NCBI GenBank assembly: GCA_051530055.1
Contig: CM121342.1
Coordinates: forward strand, 964,797 to 1,028,796
Reading direction: 5' to 3'
DNA from: Neoechinorhynchus agilis
Taxonomy: Eukaryota > Animalia > Acanthocephala
Length of the DNA: 64,000 bases
This document shows, piece by piece, positions 1 to 12,781 of the stretch. The notes below the pieces were generated by a model. That model did not search any database. It worked only from the letters and a program-made list of their open reading frames with translations, and was not told where the DNA came from. The first letter of the stretch is position 1, and each line of letters opens with the position of its first letter. The translations under genes were made by a program, and so were the position numbers.

Positions 1-1178
1 ATCGAATGAACCAAAGAAGGCAATCATTCGATTAAGTGCTACTTCTTTTCCCGTCAAGTGTGGGTCGCTCATTAAAACGTCCATTTGATCTGCGACGCCT
101 CCGTGAATTCCGCAACGACCAAAAATTTTTTTTAGTTCGTCCATTGATCTTAAATCGTTGCCTTTAAGCTTTGTAAGTTCGTCTTTGAACCGTAAAAGAA
201 CGTATCGAACGTCAGACAAGGCTATTTGACTTTCACTAGCCAGATTATATCCGAATTCTCTCAAGTGATCGATTTCATCAAGTGCATGGTCAACGTCCAT
301 GAAAGATAGATCAGTGCTCGCTATTTCCTCGCAGACACTTTCAATGTTATGAGCCTCATCGAAAATTAATTGTTCAATGCCGATACCCAACTCACAATGA
401 TTAAACAATTATAAAAGTATAATGAGCACGGTGTCTGGGTCCACTTGAGCTCCGGCATGAGTCTGCCTTATGTGACGGTCGAGAATGTAATTGTATGGCA
501 TTAAAATCAATTTAGCCGATGAAAGCGATTGCTTCGATGAGTTTTCGTTTATTTTATCGGGTTCGGACGGTCGTGCAAGCTCACATGCACTTAGGTAAGG
601 ACAAATTCCTTCAGACGAGCCAAGTTTGGTAAGGTCTTCAATATCAACTAGACATTTAGAAGTTAACTGAAGATAGCCTGGCGGTAAGACAGATTAAATC
701 CCTTATTCAGGAAGTCTTCTCATAAAAGTTCTGGCTGCTTTTTTCGTACAGTCTCCAGTTTGAGGTAGTAAGAGCACGTTCGTCTTTTTATTCGTCGACG
801 ACAAGCACTGATTTTCGCTTGTGATGATTTCAGTTTCATGACTTCAGCATTGACGCAAAGTTGGTCACGTGAAGCCAAAATGCACGACTTTACTCGTCCA
901 GCATAAGAAGTTTTCCGAAGCTCTCGGAACACTTGCGACAGTTGGGAATGTGTACGACTCGTGTAGACAACACGAGACGATGTTGATCCATGTGATTGAA
1001 TCCATGCAAGAGATGCACACAAAAGGGACAAGGTCTTCCCGGTACCCGTCGGTGATTCCAATAAAGCATTCTGACTTCTTTGAATACTTTTCAACACTGC
1101 CGTCATATATTCCAATTGGCAGCCGTATGGATCATGCGGAAATTGAACCGTTACGCCGCAAAGACTTAAGGACGGCAT
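1..1178 (-). CDS. RTEL1: RTEL1-like Fe-S DNA helicase, 5' part (continues beyond window start)
   Basis: N-terminus MPSLSLCGVTVQFPHDPY, Walker A LLESPTGTGKTLSLLC, SRTHSQLSQV, ASRDQLCVN. After a GT-AG intron (about 749-667) the frame gives LVDIEDL..CPY..LMPYNYILD, then FDEAHNIESVCEE, open to base 1. Confidence 0.9.
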
Positions 1179-1334
1179 CTTATCTGCAATTCAAACTTTT
1201 TTTAAGCAAAAATGAAAAACCGCTTGAGTTTCTTTCGTAGTTAATGCACTTTAACGTCATCAAAATGAACATTTAATTACTAATATGCAAAACAAATTGT
1301 TGTTTTAATTAATTCTAAAAAATGCTAAAGGCAT

Positions 1335-1535
1335 GTATGGAGCGCTTGGCAACTCGGGACTTACTCTGCTCCAGGATCTCTAGAAGAAATTGAGAGAAAC
1401 GACCGGCGACGCACGAGCAGGTGTATTCCTGCGACAAAATATCTCGCGCGCAGTACAACGAGGCAATGTTGCTAGAGTGATAGAGACCGCCGAGTAAGAA
1501 GAGAAGCTCCAATTTCGCGGATGGTGGTGATTGCA
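1335..1535 (+). mobile_element. 5'-truncated 3' end of CRE-clade non-LTR retrotransposon (family A)
   Basis: Encodes YGALG..LLQDL*KKLRETTGDARAGVFLRQNISRAVQRGN (RLE C-terminus); clear DNA similarity to 9524-9640 (-) and 12245-12360 (+). Confidence 0.8.
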
Positions 1536-1789
1536 CGTTTTGTGCTTTATTATTGTAAAACCTAGAAAAAATAATTTCGATTTTGTATGCAAAACAAAAG
1601 CAACAAATTTCGCATCGAAAAAGTTTTTACTTTTTGTGTGATATGTTGCTTCTAAGATGGCTGATTTTTTTTGGAACTTGAATTGCCTATAAAACAACCA
1701 CGATGAAGAAAGTTCAATAAACACGTCTTTACTGAACGATTTGTGGCGGCCAGCAATACGCTTTCAATAAGCACGAGATTTTTGTCAGA

Positions 1790-2245
1790 TTGGTGATATC
1801 ATCTCTAAAAAATCTGTAAGTCCTTCCAGATTACTATATGGTTGTTCTAGACTGAAACAAGTACTAGACTCCATCAATCAGAACCTTTGCCCTGGTTCAA
1901 ATTAAAGCCATTGCCCCGTCTTACTCCCCTTAGTTTTGTCATATGAAGTATTACAGCATATCAAGAAATTACCTCGAAATTCGTCCCCTCAATCCGAAAT
2001 CGCAAACTGGGTTCTTCGCTACATCATCCCCGAACTCATAGACTCTCTTGCCCTCATTATAAACCACACCTTTTTATATAACATCTCCCCCTCATGCCTG
2101 AAAACTGCTAGTTATCCTTCTTCCAAAAATAGGCATCCGATTTCCATCGAATCATTCCGTCCAATATCCATTCTATCCAACGAGTCACCTTCCTCCGAAT
2201 TCTGAGTCTCCAATTTCAATTAAACTTGAAATGGGACTCGCACAT
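1790..2245 (+). mobile_element. Internally deleted L2/CR1-type LINE fragment
   Basis: IIPELIDSLALIINHTF..CLKTA..SFRPISIL (RT N-terminal motifs); shares two blocks with the minus-strand LINE at 56350-57470 that are far apart there. Confidence 0.7.
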
Positions 2246-2487
2246 TACTCTCTCCCCCAAGCGCAAAAGTTTCGGCAAAATTGTGTCGAAATCTTTTGTA
2301 CTTTATGAAGCCACACCCTTTTTTCAAGAATTAAAATCAAAAGTTTCGTCGTCTTAACGAAGACCCCAAGAACGAAAATATTGCAATTTTTTATATTTTA
2401 AAATTTTGTTTTTAATTTTCCTTCTAACCTCTTAAAATAAAAACTTGATTATTCAGGCGCAAAATGTCAAACTTTATTAAAAAATGT

Positions 2488-3914
2488 TCATGGCAACATA
2501 TAAGCAAAATACTTTCTGGTTGCCAAATAATTGTTCAATATTCGATATTGTGTTTGCGGTGTAAACATGTACGGATACTCTTCGCTCAGTAATTCCCAGT
2601 TTGTATTTGAATTATCCCTATTCGTTCCCATTGTCGCCCGTTGTATGCTTAACAGCTTATTGGGATGGTAAACACATCTGCGTTGATCGCCACAATCAGT
2701 ATCAGTGGCTATTTTATTCAATTCCTCGCTTTTTCTCCAACATTCGAATGTATCCATATCAGTTTCGTTGGGATTTAAGTGAACAAAATCAATTAATTCA
2801 TCTAAAGCGCGTTGGATTTGAGTTTGTATAATTGTCATTGGGTCGATTTGTTCAGCATCGATGAGCCGTGGTCGCCTTGTAACAAGAGAGATTGAGTTTC
2901 TATCCTCTGATCGGTATGGTGAGTTCCACTGAATTAAAAATGAATCCGCCTGTCTTGCGAACTCAATAGATCCATCTGGATCATTAATGTGTCCAAATCT
3001 AATGTAGCGACCACGCCAACATGTGTAGCAGTTGCATTCTGAATGATGAGAATCGCTGGAATTTGATGTTTGTTCCGATCCGCGAGACGAATCTCCATCG
3101 GAAGATGATATTATCGTAGCTTCCGATTCACCAGCTCCCCGGTAATGCTGTTCATGTACCCTGTTTGTCTTTGAGGATGCAAAGGACTCCTCAAAATCAA
3201 ACAGATTAATTCAGAAAATCTGGAACGAAAAGTATCTGCTTCAACCCCACTCATTCTCCTATACGGCCAACGATCATCCTGCTGATGCTCCTCATCAGAA
3301 TCCATTTCATCACCCAATCCCATGTAAAGTGAGCTTATTCTAAACATTCGTCGTCCATGAAAACGACTCGGATATCGCATGTGGTTTGAGTTCGTAGGCG
3401 GATGAACTCGCATGCGATGAATATTGTTATTGTTGCTATTGCCGCTAGTAGTAGGCGAATAAAATCTAGGCGGAATTCGTGCTCCTCGTAGCTGTCGGTA
3501 CTGTTCAAGAGTCGAGTTAAATGTCTCTAAAAAATCTGTCCTTTCTGATGGTGAGTGCCGTTGATTTGCTTCAATCGGAATTGCGCGGTTTCCTAAGGTT
3601 TGATCTCTTCTCTCTCCTTCCATATCACCGATCGCCTTTTGTGTTGCTTCATGCCTAAAGTATAGCAGGTTGCTTAGCAACCAAATAATTTTTTAATTTC
3701 TTATACTGTTCTCTAACGACAAGTCGATGACAAAAGCGAATTTTTTAACGAGACTGCAGCCTGCATAAGCCATCTTATTATTTATCGATAAGCTGGCACA
3801 ATTTGTACACATTGTCGACCGGTCCGCCGCTGCAGTAAAAATAGGACGAAAATCGTCCATCACCCGTTTAGTTTCGAAGCAGGCTATTCTTAGTAACGTT
3901 TTAGGCTTATTCAA
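2488..3914 (-). CDS. Probable multi-exon gene, unknown function (low-complexity, Ser/Arg/Asp-rich)
   Basis: Three same-strand ORFs; the 2488 frame extends open upstream to about 3190 (DSSRGSEQ..ECNCYTCW..). Exon joins not resolved, no family recognised. Confidence 0.4.
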
Positions 3915-4224
3915 ATCAATACGGCTTGCAAGGTTAATGTGACGAACGTTTACTTGAATATGGAATTCGATTTTTCGAGTTGGTCTCTTTGTCTGACAAT
4001 AATATCGATTTAGCTTTAAAAGCTAGGGTATTCCTCATTTCTGAGTACAGGGAATCCGATTTTATTTGTTAAATAAATTTGACGAAAATGGAGTGCAAAT
4101 AAGTGTCAAATTTTTACACGATAAGGCCACTAATATTCAATGAACCTTCAACGTTTAAATAGATACAAAATACTTTTCAATTATATTAAGAAGATGCTTC
4201 GGGATAATAAATATCGAATGGTTT

Positions 4225-5018
4225 TTGAGCATAATCCCGGTTAAAGCTTTCTTTATTATTATTATGAAATATTTCGACAGGGGAAACCTCGTCTCATCAG
4301 TCATCTAAAAATGTTTGTGAGTAGTTCTTTTTTTTGTTTGGTCTTTTGAGCTTGCATTAACAGGTACACCATTGGTAAAGTTGGGGCTAGAATATGTCCG
4401 CATTTTAATTACGTCAACTGTAGGCAATTTTAAACTGAAGTTCGCTTTGATACCTCCCAAGGTTTTGATCGCAGCGATTGGTAAGGCCTCAAGTAAAAGA
4501 CGCCTTTCAAGATTTTGCTCCTTCTCGCATCAAAATCTATGCGATGTTGCATAGTATCCTGATGGTTTGAAATCGCAAATGAGCGATCGAACCGTCGACA
4601 GGCTTGTTTATGTTGAGTGAGTCTCTTCGGAATGCCCTGCATTGTTTGACCGATGTACACCTTGTCACATTGAGTGCAATGTATTTTATAAACACCCTGC
4701 AAGTCGGATCATTGTTCAACATCTTCTTAAACGTGTTAGCGAGGGTGATACCTTTATTGGCGTACGCGTGGATTAAGGAGTTTCATCATCAATGAAGTAC
4801 ACTCTTTCGAAGCTACTGCCTCTGATTCCCAGGTCTATAATCCATGTGGGATATCCCCTTATTTTCAGCTCCTGTACTATTCTTTCCCTTTCTCTAATCC
4901 ATGTAAATCGAGTAGATGAGATCAGGAACGCTCTCCGGAAATACGAAATTACCGTGGGATGACTGGCTGAGACGGGGACAATAAAGGAATCTTTAACCGG
5001 GATTGAGTTCACCGCCAT
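4225..5018 (-). mobile_element. Penelope-like element 3' half (RT thumb, GIY-YIG endonuclease, pLTR)
   Basis: SYFRRAFLISSTRFTWIRERE and GVYKIHCTQCDKVYIGQT; homologous to 39300-40190; followed by a pLTR with hammerhead motif. Confidence 0.88.
4264..4304 (-). ncRNA. Minimal hammerhead ribozyme motif in Penelope pLTR
   Basis: Minus strand ATGA-CTGATGA-GAC..GTC-GAAA-TA-T-T-TCAT: core, stem II and 4-bp stem I present. Confidence 0.75.
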
Positions 5019-5350
5019 TACAAAAATTTAATTTTTGATGATTTCGGCCGCTGTTTGGCCATCTGAAGTAATGGTACAAATGTTTTCGGGTCTTGTCGTC
5101 AAACCTGAACCTCCAAATCAACCGTTGATGCCGACGCCGCCGTCAAAAAGCTGGCACAGTGAGCAAATAGCATTTGACCAGCAACGTTTTGTTCCGGTGG
5201 AATTTAAGAAGGGGTGGGCATTTGCCTGCGCCTAGTGTTCCACCACGAAAACGAGCACTTCTTCCTACACCTGAAGTGTCCCGGACGAAACTACAGTGTG
5301 GAGAACATTGAGCCAAAAGGAACCGTGTCATTAATTTCCGTGTTGGCGCA

Positions 5351-5431
5351 CGCTGCGAACAGGATTTGAACCTGTGCGGGAGAACCCATCAGATTTCTAG
5401 TCTGACGCCTTAACCACTCGGCCATCGCAGC
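5351..5431 (-). tRNA. tRNA-Ser(AGA)
   Basis: Cloverleaf GCTGCGA/TCGCAGC acceptor stem, D arm with GG, TCAGA-CTAGAAA-TCTGA anticodon arm, long variable arm, ACAGG-TTCAAAT-CCTGT T arm. Confidence 0.95.
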
Positions 5432-6055
5432 TTCTTCTCATGCTTAACAAACTCAATAAATAAGCTAAAATTATGGAACTAATGAATTTTGAAACTCTAG
5501 TTGTGAAATATACGCAGCGTAGATGTCGCATTTTAACGACGACATTAAACGAAACCAACTAATGCGGAACTCTTCTTCAAGAACGTCACATATCTTTGAC
5601 AATTTCCAGTTTTAAAAGCTTAATGCACTACGCTGACTAGAAACTAATCCTGAAAGATTGTGACACAAGTTGTTTTTACGAAATAAACCTCTGTAAACTA
5701 CCTTGAACGTATATGACACATTAAAGTTTTATGAGCACTGTTGAAATTTTTCAAAATTATGTGAACTGTTGAATACTGACTTTTGCGACTAAGATCCCAA
5801 TCTAGCATATTGTAACGGGAAAAGCGGACATCGGTGACTCCTTCACCACCGCGCAAAAACGTGTTTAATTATAGGCGTCGCGCCGGAATACATATATAAA
5901 CCTGATTACGAGCGCTCACGCCACAATATGGCATATCGATAAAATCTGCTTTCGTTCTGAATTGTATTTTTTTTGACAATTGTTACGAGCTGTAAAGTTA
6001 CCAGCGATAAATTCAATCATCTTAAAAATACAAAATACTTTTTTTGATAATAAAT

Positions 6056-8380
6056 TCAGATAGCACGCAGCATTTGAAATATTTCACGTGCGTTCAACGC
6101 AGTCAAGAATCGAATTTGATTCTTTGCATCTTCGGTATGTCCTACAAATACTATTGAACGTCGTGATTAGTTTTAAAACTACGATACCTAACGGATGCGT
6201 TATCCACTTTTTCTCTTTATAATAGTCCAACAAATTGTTGAATTCAAATTCAGTTAATTTGCCGACTTCCACTGGGACAAAAGGACTCAGAGAAGCAAAT
6301 CCTTCGAGACCCAGAAGCGCCATCGGCTCATTTGGACCGTCGTATTCATAAACGTGGTCTAACCGAGTGGGCCGCAAAAAGTGTCGAAGTTCCCGCCGTC
6401 GTTCTACTCTTCCAAGTTTCCGAGGTAAGACTGCATCGTGAGGCCCAATAGTGCAAAGAGTGATAGTGTTTGGTAATGATGAACTCAAGAGTCCTTTAAT
6501 GTGACTGACCATCGATAAATCGGTTGTTAGTAACTGATAGTGTGAAGAATGATGTGTGTTTAGGGGAATTTAAAAATACTTTCTGATAACTTGAATTCCT
6601 TATCCATGTCACATTGTCTTTGCTGAACAGTGCATTTATCCCATCTAGCGCAATAAACATCCGTGTTTCACTAAGAAACGCATTTTCTAGCTAAAATATT
6701 ATTGCTTCAAGTTTCAAACCGATCTTCCGCGCATATTCTGGCAACTTCATTGAACAAGGCCAATACACAGTCACTGGCGTACTTAGCCCGTTGCATGCCC
6801 TACTTAAGAACTAAGATCCAATGAAACACACAAGTACCCACAAAAGCTATCAAATCGCGAAGGAAACTTCCCTTTTGTGTTGATTCGCGCTCATTCCAAA
6901 CATAGTCCACTGACGTCCGGTACTTTAAGAGAAACGATCACGTACAAAATAGTGAGAACATTTTCACCTTGTCTTCCATGAGCTTCTCTTCGTTTTGAGA
7001 AGAAAAGTGTTCCAACCAACGAGCAGCTTCTATAGGAGTATCATATTTTCCAGGCATTCGGTCATTCAACACCACCTCTTTGGCCTCCGTCACGAAGCGC
7101 TTAACTAAACAACCAATAGAAAGCGAAACGGGTCTTAACAATTTCATTCTCAAGGCGGACTTTTATTCTCAAAACAAAATTTCTAGCCTAACATAATTAA
7201 CGTGAATAAAAACACTGCTTGATGTCGAAATATTCAAATGATTCAGGTTCCAAAGCTCTTGGCGACAAAAATAACACTACAAATACCTTAATTTCCGTGC
7301 AATTGTATATATTTTTAATAAATTTTTGTTTTTAAATGGGCACTTGGGTGGGCTAGCTTTCACCGTCTTACGGTTTACCCGCAAATCGACAAAGACCAAG
7401 AACTGCTCAACACGCAGGACTAACTTTCCGCTTTGATGTCGCTACACACATCTTTGTAAATTCCTGAAAAAGCCGTAAGACGGAGAACGCTCGAAATAAA
7501 GATTTTCTTTATCTGTACAACAGCTAACCCAAGTGTGAATTTAAAAACAAAACTGGAAAATCAAATAGTATTTCACAAGGATATTTTTTAACAAAAAAGA
7601 AAAATGGTGCCTTATTTTTCCTCTAAAATACAATGGGGTATTTCTCTGAATATCGCGCGGTTTCGTTATGTGTTAATATTTAGTTCGCTCGTCAACACCC
7701 GAGGGGAGCATTCTATTCCGTAAATGCCTTAAACGCATAAGATTTTTCCAATCCAAATAAAATTATAAACCAAATATGGAGTAAAAACGACTATAAAAGC
7801 GACCAAAATTCACACGACAATTAAAAACGAATACCTGAAGGGAAATGAATTATCCACCATTTGTTGTAGAACGCTCTATGAAGAGCATTGAACAGCACGA
7901 AAGTTTTGCCAACTCCCGGCTCATGGCCATCTAAAGAACATAAAGATAAGGACGATCCATTATTGTAATAAGCCTCTTACAAAGAACAACCCGAAGATTA
8001 CTTTTGTCAACATAAGCATGGTGTTTTTCGATAATATCGAATACCGTAAGCATGGGTTTTCGTACCATCAGACTAGCCTCACCAATAGCTCCGAACTATT
8101 TTTTTTAGTTCCCACCTTTATACACATTAAAAACACCTAACCAATAAACGATCATCCGTTTCTTTGAATATATGGCTAAGTGGGTCAAGCTGACTAAAAT
8201 CCTTTTTATCAATGGTGTAATACTTCCCAACATCGCTGTGAACGTGAAGGGTCTAAAAGGAAAAATATATAAGAAATAAAAAGGAAATTAGAAGCTTACG
8301 GGATTCGAAGAACAATATCCATGGAACGGTCGAATTATATTTCGATTAACAGCCCGGTATAGAATCCCTGAAGAAATCAT
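6056..8380 (-). CDS. DAP3: Mitochondrial ribosomal protein mS29 / death-associated protein 3, multi-exon
   Basis: Spliced exons give a transit-like start, DVGKYYTI, GEASLMVRKP, P-loop YGHEPGVGKT, WNERESTQKG, IALDGINALF, LLGLEGFASLSPFVPV; GT-AG introns, one large (about 7150-7830). Confidence 0.9.
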
Positions 8381-8489
8381 GTTCAGAAAGATGTCCCAGA
8401 AACGGACTTCGTCGCCTTTTGATTCAAAAAGACAGAAGAAAGATTGGTCTCGTCTTTCGGCAATCAGGGGAAAGATAATCACGACCCGC

Positions 8490-8945
8490 TGAGGTGAACG
8501 CAATTCTTAGTCGTGCGATGAATACTGTGAATTCGCCCAACATCCTAGAGCCGAGCAATCTTTGCTCACTCGATGGCCGTAGACCGGACGGTGTCACAGT
8601 ATTCCGGGACACATTTTGCAGCCAGCAACATAAAATTCGCCACTATTAAACCAGGGGAGCAGCAACAGTCGATGAAGAACGCAAAAAGACAAAATACCGG
8701 GCCTAGGTCGCAATCATTATTTCGTTATATTTGGCGTCGAAACTATCGGGCCGTTTGGTACCGCGGCACAAGACCTGGTCAAGCAATTGTCTAAGAGATT
8801 GAGACGAATCACTGGCGATCCGAGATCAGGAGCATTCTTCAAACAAAATATAAGTCTGGTTGTGCAACGGGGGAACGCTGCATCCGTCCTTTCGACCGTT
8901 GCATCAGGACGGCAGCTGAGTGATCCAGAGCGGGGGTGTGAATGT
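8490..8945 (+). mobile_element. CRE-clade element 3' end (family B), decayed
   Basis: RPDGVTVF.., QNISLVVQRGNAASVLST; high similarity to 37000-37465, 50600-51063 and 13859-14060. Confidence 0.88.
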
Positions 8946-9523
8946 TGGTATGATTTGGTCGAAATTAAAAAATCGAAGATTTACTATCCGAAAGGTAAGA
9001 ACGTGAAATATTGTTTAAGCAATAGCGCTTTCGAAACCGACGATTAGGGCCCAACAAGGTCGCTTGGAATATAAATAAAAGTATTTGCCATCCGGGATGT
9101 TTAGTGCTTTCCACACTCAGTAGCCGTGGCTGTTAGATGATCGATGTAATTGTGTCGCTTATTGTTTATGAAAATCAAGTCTTTATTTTTAGCCGAAGGA
9201 AAAAACTACTCTGTGACGCTTTTATTGCAATTGATGCTCGATTTTTCAAAAAGCGAAGGAAAACAGGTTGGTTCTGCGTTCGAAACGTCGGTGGACATCA
9301 ACTGTTTTTTCTTTGTATTTTTGTTTTAAAACACATAGACACTCATATACAGTCGACTCCGGTTAATCCCATTTGATTGCACGAACATGTCCTATGTTGT
9401 AAGACGGGATTGAACAATTAATTTAGAGCATGCAAAGCACAGTTAAAATGTTATTACAAAGTTCTAGTCGACGTTTCTCAAAAGAACTTATCGAATGCGG
9501 TCTAAAGTGTTCGCTCGCAGGGT

Positions 9524-12243
9524 TACACCTGCTCGTGCGTCGCCGGTCGTTTCCCTCAGTTTATTCCAGAGATCCTGGAGCAGAGTGAGTGTCGAGCTGC
9601 CAAGCGCTCCATACGTCTCTACTCCGAAGGGGACAAAGTAGTGGACCCTTGCTAAATCCCTATAATTTCGTACCTTCCTCCCTTCCGCTGCACTGGCTGC
9701 ACCTCCAGCGATTTCGACAGAGTAGGGAATGTTGTTTACTGCGAGGGTTTCCAAACAATTGGCGTCCCAGAGAAAGCATTTGCTCCCCTGCCACGGAAAT
9801 ACCGAAATTCCGTCAGGTCGACGACCGTCTAGTCGACAAAGATGGGCGGGTTCCAAGATGTTGGGGAAGTTCGACCTTCTCAACGCCCGAGAAATTACGC
9901 TCTGCAAACGAGACCGTGTGGGGCGTGCATATCGGGAGACCAAATCATAAGGACACTGCGATCATCGTTACCTCATAAGTGAGAAGAGTTCCCACATATG
10001 CCAGAGGAACAGCCTCCAACCACGCTTCCCCATCGCGAGAACCTGAAAGTAGAGACCTGTGAGTTCTCGCGACGAGAGCTTTGTCCCAGGTCGACTGTCT
10101 GAGGCCATTCACGGGGCAATATTCTTCAACTGCCATCACAAAGTCTTGGTCAAGACAAAACTCTTCCCTCAGAATTTTCGTCGCTATTGGTTGACTCCCC
10201 TCATACGATCCAAGGAAGGCTGGCAAGGCAAGGTCTACTAGCGCCCGAATGCCCAATCCCCAGATGACATAGGCAATGAAGTTTGTTGCCACGCCTCATC
10301 TGGGAGCTGGACATTTAAAATACGCTTGAGACAAGCCCTCACCTTGTCGTCGAGCTTAGCCAATCCTTCCTTATGTTTGAAGAATGTTGTTGTGCGGACT
10401 TTATATAACAATTTCGGGATAAAGAGTGCGTTATTTATCAGAAATAACGCTTCGTGAGCCGAGAGAGCGCTCACCCTATCGCACAGCAACGAAAGTTTCG
10501 GTATGATATGGCCGATCTAAACTTCCACATTTGAATCGAAGGCGCAACTGCTCAGGAGGCTGAGTTGTTCCCGAGTCACGAGTTTCAGGCCTGGAGCTAC
10601 GGCCTCGAACCCAGCCAGTAGTTCTTTGACTTTGGCGGCGTCTCCAATATTCAGTACAAGGAGCTCGCATTTTCCAGCATGAAGCTCAATGCCCATCTTC
10701 GAGGTCTCCCTAATCAGCGTCTCCAAGTCGCGCAGTACAACGGAGGGATCACCTCCGAGCGTAGCGTCATCCAAGTACCAAGCGTTGAAGGTGGAATGGA
10801 GAGAATGCGCTATTGGATTTACTGTTAGGGAGAATGCGATTGGACCGAGGGGATCTCCTTGCTGCACTCCTCCTTCGGACCAAATGAGGTGGTCTTCGAA
10901 AAGCAAAGGAGTCGCCGTCCCTTAGGCATTGAGAAAATACTGGAAGGCTTCTAGGGCATGATCCCTAATTGTGCGGAACATGCTTTCTCTATTGAGAGAG
11001 TTAAAGGCGTTCCGAAAATCGCACTTAAGAATCACGCACCGCTCTAAGCTTCTCGTAGCAAAGTTTCGGAGCGCGTGGACCATAGCTTCCGCCCCGCAGG
11101 ATGTACAGCAGCCCAGTTGGACTGGGCGAAGTTGCTGCAAGTGCTGAGGCCTTAGCCCGTCAAGCCCATGACCCGAACCATTTGTAAAAGATGAGATGGC
11201 TTTTTGTAACTCTGAAATTTGAGTGGGCGTCCTGTCTTGTATGGGAGGAGATGGAATTTCAAAACTTCCGCTACTACATGGGTGCTTCGACCGGAGTATT
11301 TGTAGTGTCGCATCGTCTCCTTGTGCAAAACTGTCGGAGGATGACAATAACCGAACAGCCCCCCTAACATCTCCGTCAGCAAGCTTCGAAGAGACGCGCT
11401 CAGTCAGAGATCGCTTTGAAAAACGGCAACGAAACCTTTCCTTCGTGCATCCCTTACGAACCTTGCGAAATTTCATTTCGAAATTGCTAAATATCTACTC
11501 GAAGGAGGCCACCATTTCCTTGATTGTTGATGTCAAAGACATCCCAGAATCATCACTGGCGCAAAGGACTAAGCGCGGAAATACGAAGAGCCGTGTCCAT
11601 GATGGCGCGCAGTTCTTTGGGAGGCAATCGTTGAGCAATCCCGTAAATGCTTTGGCGACCAGATATCGCGCGCCCCTTGGCATCCGTTTCAGGGCGTTCC
11701 TGGGCAGAAACCGCACGATATCAGGTATCGAAATAGAATCAGTGGTGATCTCAGGGGTCTCAGGTACGAAAGGTTCGGTTGATTGTTGTGAACCAGACCC
11801 GCTATAGCGGAGATCTTGGGGACCATGAGCAGACTTACCGCAAACCGAACACACACCAGTAGAGACGCGTGGGAGGCCTGCAGCGTTGGTATTCTCGGGT
11901 TGAGCGCGATCGACAAGTGGCGCGTTCAAGGTGTCTTCGTCAGTAGCGTCGATTGTAGGCGATATGAACGCAGTTCGCTGCTTGTTTTCAGTCTAGATTT
12001 TCTTTGAGAACTGTGACTTCGAATTATCAGAATTTTCTGACGGTTGCCATGGTTGTTGGCTATTATGTGGTCGTTGGTCCTTGAATTTCTCATTATATGC
12101 AGCACGCTTCACCTGCGGAGTGTGGTATACGGTAGCCGCTTCACTTCTTTCGAAAGTGCGAAAACGTTGTTGAAAATTATGCTTGCAAGTTTTTAAATAT
12201 TCGAGTAGCTTTTACCGACGAACAGAGCGAAATTGTTTCCAAG
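9524..12243 (-). mobile_element. Near full-length CRE-clade RT-RLE retrotransposon (family A), disrupted; its 3' terminus lies at 12245-12360 on + strand
   Basis: GAVRLL, LRSKHP, GLDGLRPQHL, DFRNAFNS, GVQQGDPLGP, WYLDD, RPDGISVFPW, FVPFGVETYG; stops, frameshifts and deletions. Confidence 0.92.
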
Positions 12244-12244
12244 T

Positions 12245-12360
12245 TGTATTCCTGCGGCAAAATATCTCGCTCGCAGTACAACGAGGCAATGCTGCTAGCG
12301 TGATAGCGACAGCCGAGGAAGGAGAGAAGCTAAGATTTTGCGGACGGTGGTGATTGTATC
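12245..12360 (+). mobile_element. Detached 3' terminus of CRE family A
   Basis: FLRQNISLAVQRGNAASVIATAEE, the exact continuation of the sequence truncated at 9524 on the opposite strand. Confidence 0.8.
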
Positions 12361-12379
12361 AGAACTAACAAATAAGCGT

Positions 12380-12781
12380 TCTTTCTGGAGAATCTTCCAA
12401 CACAACCTCAAATGGGACATCCGCATTAATTGCGTCGTAGCAAAAGCCACTGTTAAATTGTATTTTATCAAGCGCTTGCGTTTCCTCGGAGTCAGCCCAC
12501 GCGATCTAGCACATTTCTATTGGCCCGTTGTGGTCCCTGCAATCTCATATGCATACCCAACCTTTTGTAATTTATCCACCCATCAACTGCGCTTGCTTTC
12601 CTCTCTAAATAAAGGAGCCTGCAAAATTTGCTCCGAGGACCTTCCACCAATCGAAGAACACCTTTCCAAAATCTTCGATAAATACATTGCCCGGACAGAT
12701 TCAATCCGCCTCTCCCGCGCACCACACTATAAAAAATCATTTTTCGCCATCGCACAATCAATCCATGAGTCTAAGGCCTGA
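12380..12781 (+). mobile_element. L2/CR1-type LINE C-terminal fragment
   Basis: LKWDIRINCVVAKATVKLYFIKRLRFLG..LAHFY, typical post-RT thumb region. Confidence 0.7.

Noticed and set aside
500-760. Two further apparent non-canonical introns in RTEL1
   Set aside because: On recount, one is an in-frame 16-aa insertion and the other is explained by a GT-AG intron at about 749-667.
869-1240. ORFs antisense to genes and TEs (this one, 11223-11807, 42508-42828 and similar)
   Set aside because: Shadow frames of real coding sequence on the opposite strand.
12060-12243. HDV-like ribozyme in a CRE 5' UTR
   Set aside because: The region reads as continued coding sequence up to the inversion breakpoint; no nested pseudoknot could be built.
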